Below, one piece after another: positions 58,001 to 64,000 of a stretch of 64,000 nucleotides of DNA. Under the pieces are notes generated by a model. It searched no databases and was not told the DNA's origin. It was given only the letters and a program-made list of their open reading frames with translations. Source of the DNA: Tubulanus polymorphus (Eukaryota > Animalia > Nemertea); assembly GCF_964204645.1 (NCBI RefSeq), contig NC_134028.1, positions 18,917,653 to 18,981,652 of the forward strand, given 5' to 3'. The translations under genes and the position numbers were made by a program. Positions within the stretch are counted from its first letter, which is position 1, and every line of letters starts with the position of its first letter.

Positions 58001-61000
58001 CCCGGTCTGCGGGGCTATTCGACTGGTATCATGATTCGACCGATCACGTGTTTATGAATGCTGTTGTTTATGAATGCTATGCAATCATGTTTTAGACGCA
58101 GCTGTTTCATCGATCACAAAATATATGTTATCGATCGGGCCTAGCTAAGGTTTTTGAATAACCTTCCTTCGGGGAAAAAATCATAAACAGCAAAATCATT
58201 GGCCCGGCAAGGCCACCTGAAATTTTCGATTTTGCGAATTGCCGATATAAAAAAACTCCAAGCCAGATGAGAGCGCCGATCGATGCCTCATACGCCATCT
58301 ATACATTACAGATCATATATTAAAAAAGCGTTTAACTCAGTCGATTTAACAGTAGTAATAAACTATGCATTGAAAGAATTTATTTATATGATTAAGTTAT
58401 TCTGACGTGAGTGAGGACGTTTTGACCAATGAAGTGAGGATGTATTGACCGACGAAAGCGAAGACGTTTTGACCGGGTATGCGAGGACGTTTTGACATGA
58501 GGACGTTTTGACCAGACACCAGTGGCCTAAATCATCTTCCTGTGGTTTAGCTCGGGTTATGTCTTTCTAACCCTGGACGTAAAATAAACTGGTTATCTTT
58601 TATAAATCATTTGTTAATCATCAATTTTAGGTAAGTCAGTCTTTGCATTTTTCAACAATGTATTTTGTATATTGCATGTAGCTAAAACATCTTAATATAG
58701 GCCTAGATAAACTTTGCTGTATTTTACTTATTTAGATTTACTTTATCATAATTATTTGACCTTCATGTTAATCATCTATAGTTTCTATCATATTCAAAAC
58801 ACTATGTACACCTATCATATCTATTATCATAAAACCTTTTCTACACCTGGACTTAAAATAAACTGGTTATCTTTTATATATCATTTGTTAATCATCAATT
58901 TTAGTGAATTTTGACGAACCCAACTATAATAATTACGTTTAAGTCATCCATTGCAATTTTATATGCAAGCTAAGAACAGATTTCCGAGGAATTTTAACGA
59001 TGCTGACCATTTCATCAATGCCTCAAGCGCATTAATTATACGTCATTTAGGCCTTATAACAATAATGAGACAAGTGGGCAATTGAATAAGGCTTAAAGAT
59101 ATAAATGAGGGGTTACCTCTTTACATATATCTGTGATATCGATGTCTAGAATCTGGAGGGCAGGTTTAAAGCACTTTGACAGCAAACACAGCTAAAAGAA
59201 AAATATATGAAATACTTTTATGATAATGTTTTAAGTTAAGAATCAATAAATCAAAAACTGAGGCATTTTTCTATCTGATTATACGTTGGTCTAATATAGT
59301 AGCTGAAATTTTCAATACAATCTTCAGGTTTGAATTCCACTTACCTGACAAAGATCTCCATGAATCGATGTCAGCTGTGATGGAAATAGCTGGATTTTAT
59401 TGATCGCTTTCTGTACAATATTAATTCCTCGGATTGCCTGAAAATACAAAATAAAGGACCAATGGTCCAGTGGCTCGCTAAACTGGTGTGAAATAAAAAA
59501 TTTGTCATGTAGGCTACTAGTACGCAGAAATTCATTGAAAATAAAAAATATGTAAAAAAGAACTTAATTTTGGTCAGTGATAACTGACTTTTTAAGTAAC
59601 GAAAATGAAATCTTCGAAAAATTGATTATGGGAATTTTTGTCTCAACAAATTAATGTTTATTTTAATACATCCCTGACTATGAGTGACTAAGTTTATGCA
59701 AATCTTCACTCAAGACAAATCATTTTTACGCGCTATATACACCGTAGCGCACGTTGACTGATACATACACACAGTGAACACGAGAGTATAAGGCGATATC
59801 GTATACGTGACTGTACACGACAATAAAATGACTTCAATTAATGATGATATAACAATTATTCCAGTCGTATAAATATCAGACTCGTCTTAAAAAATTCGAT
59901 GCCAACAGCTGATCAGTATCATCAGTGAATCTGCCTTGTGGCGAACAAGGAGTAAATTTCCGCAATTTGAAACCAGAATTTTGTCAGATGCAACGTTACC
60001 TTATCCACGGGATAGCAAAACCAGATGAATCATTGAACACATTGCACACAATAAATCGTTATATCATACGCCTTGAATATCAGTATTCGCGCTAGAAATG
60101 ATGAATATTAACTTCTTCAAATTGTGCCGCCATTTTGTTTAGCCAAATAACGCGCACATAGACTGATCCACCTAATTTACATACTCAACGAATGCTATGA
60201 TGTCATGATGGAATTCAAAGTGGGTCAACACAAATTATATATAACCGATTTTGGGGGGTTTCGTCTTTGAAAGCCTATAACTACCGAACAAAGCATAGGA
60301 TCTTTATGAGATAAAGTTATTCCGAAGCAAATAGCATTGAATTTTCACATGTGTTATTTTAGACAGTTAAAGATGCTGCAAAAAAAAAAACGTGCTCAAA
60401 TAAATCAAATTTTTGACACTTTTTGGTTAATTTCTCAAAAGATACGAAAAATACGAGTTTTCACGTCATTAGAAAAGTATCAGTGTAGAAACAAGGAGCC
60501 TCTCGGCTTATATAGCTCCGCTGTGTGATTTGAAGAAATAGAATAGAAATTTGGACTTGATCTGATTAAAACCGTAGGACTAATTGCAATTTGAAGAAAT
60601 AGAAACTCCACCTCCACGGGCGCCCCTAGTGGACGAATTCAAAAAATGGTATAGGCCTTGGTCCATAGAACTATTTATAACAAATTTGGAATTGATCGGA
60701 TTAAAGCTACTGTAGGACTAGTAGCGATTTGAAGAAATAGAAACTCCACCCCCAGGGGCGCCCCTGGGGGACAAATCCAAAATATGGCTCTGTAACTTTA
60801 TAGGCCTAGGTCCATAGAACATTCATACCAAATTTGGAATTGATCTGACTAAACTGTAGGACTAGTAGCGATTTGAAGAAATAGAAACTCCACCCCCAGG
60901 GGGACGGATCCAAAAAATGGCTTTGTAACTTCATAGGCCTTGGTCCATGAAACACTCATACCAAATTTGGAATTGATCTGATTAAACTGTAGGACTAGTA

Positions 61001-62472
61001 GCGATTTGAAGAAATAGAAACTCCACCCCCCAGGGGACGAATAAAAAAAAATGGCTCTATAACTTCATAGGCCTTGGTCCATAAGGCCTTGGAAATTTGG
61101 AATTGATCTGATTAAAACTGTAGGACTAGTAGCGAATTGAAGCAAAAGTTGATGGACGGACAGACGCTATGACAGACGGATGGATAATCCCCTATTAACC
61201 CATCAGCTCCGCTAACCTTCGGTCACAGCCGAGCTAAAAAGTTCAATTAGGTAGGAGTGCCCTTTGATAAACTTAAATCTAAAAAGGTGTTGGTGTGTAA
61301 TACTTCTCAAAATTAGAGGATATTCAAGGTCCTTGAAAATAATTTTTCAATTTAGAGGAGCTTTCAAGGAATTAAGAGTTGCTATGAACCCTGATTTATA
61401 TCTGCATCAAACCAAGATGTGGATTTAACTGATTTCAATAAAGTTGACTAAAACCGTTGTGACCATCGGACCTGGTTCGAAAGTTGTTACAATTTTTCTC
61501 AAGGGCTTAATATTTGGAAATAAAAGATTCTAACCAAGAGTCAAATATAACTCAGATCTATTGGACTGGGTACTGATTAAATCGTTATCATCAGATACAA
61601 ACAAATGAATTATTATTAATACGAATTTTCAGGGAAATATATGAGAAACATATCAATAAAATTTCTGGCAATGCTTACCTCTTTCTTATCAATAAGACTC
61701 TGTGTAAACTTGTGACATAATTCTGAATCTGAATGTACAGAAAAATTTGTACAGAAAAGAATGTTTTTTATCTCAATACCGTGTAGAGGTGCAGATAAAG
61801 CATGGTGAATTCAAAAATCTGTCATCAACTGTCTGCACCAGGCCTAACAACAGATGATTTTAACACAGATGATTTTTGAGATATACTTACAGCTGTCAAC
61901 AGCATAGCGACACTGCTCACCATTACATGAATTGATGAATTCTTGAATTTGTACAAACAGTGTTTCAAAGTCACTGATTGGATTGCTCAACTTAACCAGC
62001 CTAAGAAAAGATAAGTGAGTTTCAATAGACGTGTTGTTTGTTAAGAATACGGAACAGGAGGTCATCTTAAAGGGTAAAGACAACTGTACAATTATTTACA
62101 GTTATGTAGGTAAGCGCATTTTACTTCTTAATTGGGTACTTTTTTATGATGTGGCAGTATTTGCCTTACTCGAGAAACCCAGGTATTTCTTTGTGTGGCC
62201 TAAGTAAAAAAATGTACTTCTATCTTGTTTCGTTGTTCACCTCCCTCGATTAAATGCATGCTTAATGTGGCGGTAAACAGAACAGAATTATCAAAATTTA
62301 ACTCAGAGTGTAAGACGTAATGAAGGTAAGGCTAGTACGTACAATATTCCCAGGACTCCTAGAGAATGCTGTTGCACGTCTAATGTTCCCAACAAGTTGT
62401 CCAAATGAGGCAAATTTTTTCCAAGGACTTCAGTACTTTTGCTGATGAATTCGCACAATTGAGCAAAATTCC
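49053..62472 (-). CDS. COPS3: COP9 signalosome complex subunit 3, 13 coding exons in window; first exon not found
   Basis: Minus-strand exons: 62472-62343, 62000-61891, 61728-61679, 59437-59345, 59191-59117, 52193-52089, 51934-51794, 51062-50961, 50883-50812, 50357-50271, 49789-49676, 49590-49510, 49118-49053. Peptides match CSN3: [17 protein letters not shown]...[121 protein letters not shown]. Confidence 0.95.
51380..51760 (-). mobile_element. Degenerate HINE-like element in a COPS3 intron
   Basis: It ends in the hairpin ACCCACTGGGCC...GTCCAATGTGGGCTAAAA and contains an AAGATGGCCG...GCCACC motif, like the family at 23.9 kb. Confidence 0.5.
52611..53416. mobile_element. Zator-like MITE
   Basis: TTA|GGCCAAAAAAAAGATGTCTTGTTTCTCAT ... 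ATGAGAAACAAGGCACCTTTTTTTTGGCC|TTA, with internal CCGCCCKCCCGCA repeats. Confidence 0.8.
55230..56943 (-). pseudogene. PHD-like, FLYWCH and MULE DDE transposase, disrupted
   Basis: Minus-strand peptides: WKCIWC; LDSHGYSH...HLHCHEA; YADSTFKVV...QLFSIHAFI...[13 protein letters not shown]; [10 protein letters not shown]...[16 protein letters not shown]; [12 protein letters not shown]; [18 protein letters not shown]. Many stops and frameshifts. Confidence 0.85.
57065..57262. repeat. About 56-bp tandem repeat (about 3.5 units) inside the MULE
   Basis: TGCTCACTC-like cores at about 57070, 57129, 57185 and 57241. Confidence 0.7.
60491..61240 (-). mobile_element. HINE-like element of a second family with a ~135-145-bp tandem array
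   Basis: Minus-strand 5' hairpin TTTTTAGCTCGGCTG...TAGCGGAGCT, a GACG/GACA microsatellite, GAAGAAATAGAAACTCCA units near 60593, 60731, 60876 and 61008, and a 3' GCGGAGCT plus AGCCGAGAGGCT stem-loop ending TTGTT. Confidence 0.78.
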
Positions 62473-62710
62473 CTGGAAAATAAATTCATACATAGGGGGC
62501 CTATATTGTTAGAAGGGGGTATTTTGGCAATTATTCTAGTAAACACCATTTTGCCGATTCATATACGGACCATATGCATTGGCCCTGTAGCTCGCTTGGA
62601 CTGCATTTCCGCCAGAATGTTTCAAATTTTAGGCATAGATCAAGTATGCAATCAGAAAAAAAATTAGCATGAGGGCAAAATAGCGTTTACATGAGTCATT
62701 ACTAACTACT

Positions 62711-63951
62711 CACAGGGGTTTGGCGATGGGCTTGGATTTCATTTCCGGGTTGTTGATAATCTCGCGAGAATGGCGCTAAATATGAACTGCGAATAAATTC
62801 AAAATATCACGGAAATACCTTGTGTTTATATTGTTTATTTATCCGCTATTAAGTTCCGATAAACAATTGGTCGTTAAGAATCATTATTACTACATAAAAT
62901 CACAAGGGATGAAATGCCAGGCCTCCGCTGTACTTAAATTTTCAGCCAGAAAGTTGGGACAGTCACGTGACATTCTGATGACGTCATCGCATTTAAAACT
63001 TCAACATAAAAAGTTAACATATTCACAGACCGATATCAATTGTCAGATTATGATTCATATGAAATAAATAACTTATAAAGAATAAATTATGATGAAATAT
63101 GTAATTCATAGTCAAAAAATGCATTTGAATGTAAGTTATTCTCAAATATTTTTCGTATCATAGTTTCCATCTTAGATGCTTCAGGTTCGCATTCAGTCAA
63201 ATAAGAAGCGTTAAGTCGAATTACGGTCAAAACGTCCTCATGTCAAAACGTCCCCGTGCCAAAACGTCCTCGGTCAAAACGTCCTTGTCTGTATTAGGGG
63301 CCTAGTGTCCTTTCCACACTCAATCAACGGTAGTGGGGAGAGGGCGGCACCTCACGATAGTCACCTTTAACCTTGATTTTTAAAAAAATCTTTTTTTAGA
63401 GTATCTAGACCCCTCCTCCTATAGTATGTAATTAGTATGTTGTAAATAACGTTTGTCTTATGTTTTAAATACTTTTATTTTCTTTTTTTGTAAATATTGA
63501 TCGACTGCCTCATACGCCCTATACATTAAAGGTCATATATTTAGCTTACAACTCGGATTTAACAGTAGTGCATTGACGGAATTTATTGTATGATGAAGTT
63601 ATTCTGGCATGAGTGAGGACGTTTTGACTGACGAAAGTGAGGACGTTTTGACCGAAAAAAGCGAGGACGTTTTGACCCGTCACGTGACTGTCCCAACTTT
63701 CTGGCTGGCACGACTTGAAGGGTGTTTCATCCCTTTGTGATTTTATATAGTAAAGCGTGACGACCGTCAGATAATGATTCTTAACCAACGACCAATTGTT
63801 TATCGGAACTTTATAGCGGATAAATAAACAATATAAACACAAGGTATTTCCGTGATATTTTGAATTTATTTGCAGTTCATATTTAGCGCCATTCTCGCGA
63901 GATTATCAACAACCCGGAAATAAAATCCAAGCCCATCGCCAAACCCCTGTG
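62711..63951. mobile_element. Long-TIR (about 260 bp) non-autonomous element with P-like termini
   Basis: CACAGGGGTTTGGCGATGGGCTTGG... mirrors ...CCAAGCCCATCGCCAAACCCCTGTG. Flanks TAACTACT / TTACTACA match at 6 of 8. A degenerate solo arm lies at about 52370-52544. Confidence 0.8.
63218..63677. mobile_element. Non-autonomous deletion derivative of the 53812-58520 MULE
   Basis: Same start GAATTACGGTCAAA and the same subrepeats. It also shares GATCGACTGCCTCATACGCC and GTGAGGACGTTTTGAC blocks with 58270-58510. Confidence 0.8.
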
Positions 63952-63964
63952 TTACTACATTCCC

Positions 63965-64000
63965 ATCTTCACCCGTCAAGGGATTCGAACCCACTACGCT
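63965..64000 (-). other. tRNA-like T-arm at the window edge (tRNA or tRNA-derived SINE)
   Basis: The minus strand reads GTGGGTTCGAATCCCTTGACGGG. It is truncated by the end of the window. Confidence 0.35.

Larger units (their letters stand above)
53812..58520 (-). mobile_element. Mutator (MULE) transposon, decayed autonomous copy, in a COPS3 intron
   Basis: 8-bp TSD AGTGGCCT at 53804-53811 and 58521-58528. The termini are built of GTCAAAACGTCCTC subrepeats in inverted orientation, and the interior holds a transposase remnant. Confidence 0.88.

Overview
AT-rich, intron-containing animal DNA; the repeat content suggests a marine invertebrate, but the taxon cannot be fixed from the sequence. Most entries in the ORF track are spurious or are exons run into introns. 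Three host genes were reconstructed by hand from GT-AG exon chains: IRE1/ERN1 (+, 21 coding exons, 1512-20302, first exon not identified), FAM241-like (-, 34604-35232) and COPS3/CSN3 (-, 13 exons, 49053-62472, exon 1 not found in the window). Introns and intergenic DNA are full of mobile elements: a full-length decayed DIRS retrotransposon in an IRE1 intron, an internally deleted hAT, a decayed FLYWCH-MULE in a COPS3 intron, Helentron-type (HINE) elements, many MITEs, and LINE, SINE and Penelope-like remnants. The most unusual signals are three. (1) A set of 22-45 bp CATGG...CCATG palindromes with 7-bp GT-starting flanking duplications, resembling P/Galileo excision footprints. (2) The DIRS sits 6 nt after an IRE1 splice donor, and its right terminus lacks the GGTAAGT donor motif that its own ICR records. 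(3) Two tandem, diverged, intronless paralogues of an unrecognised coiled-coil protein, each behind a TATATAAATAG box. All coordinates were counted by eye.
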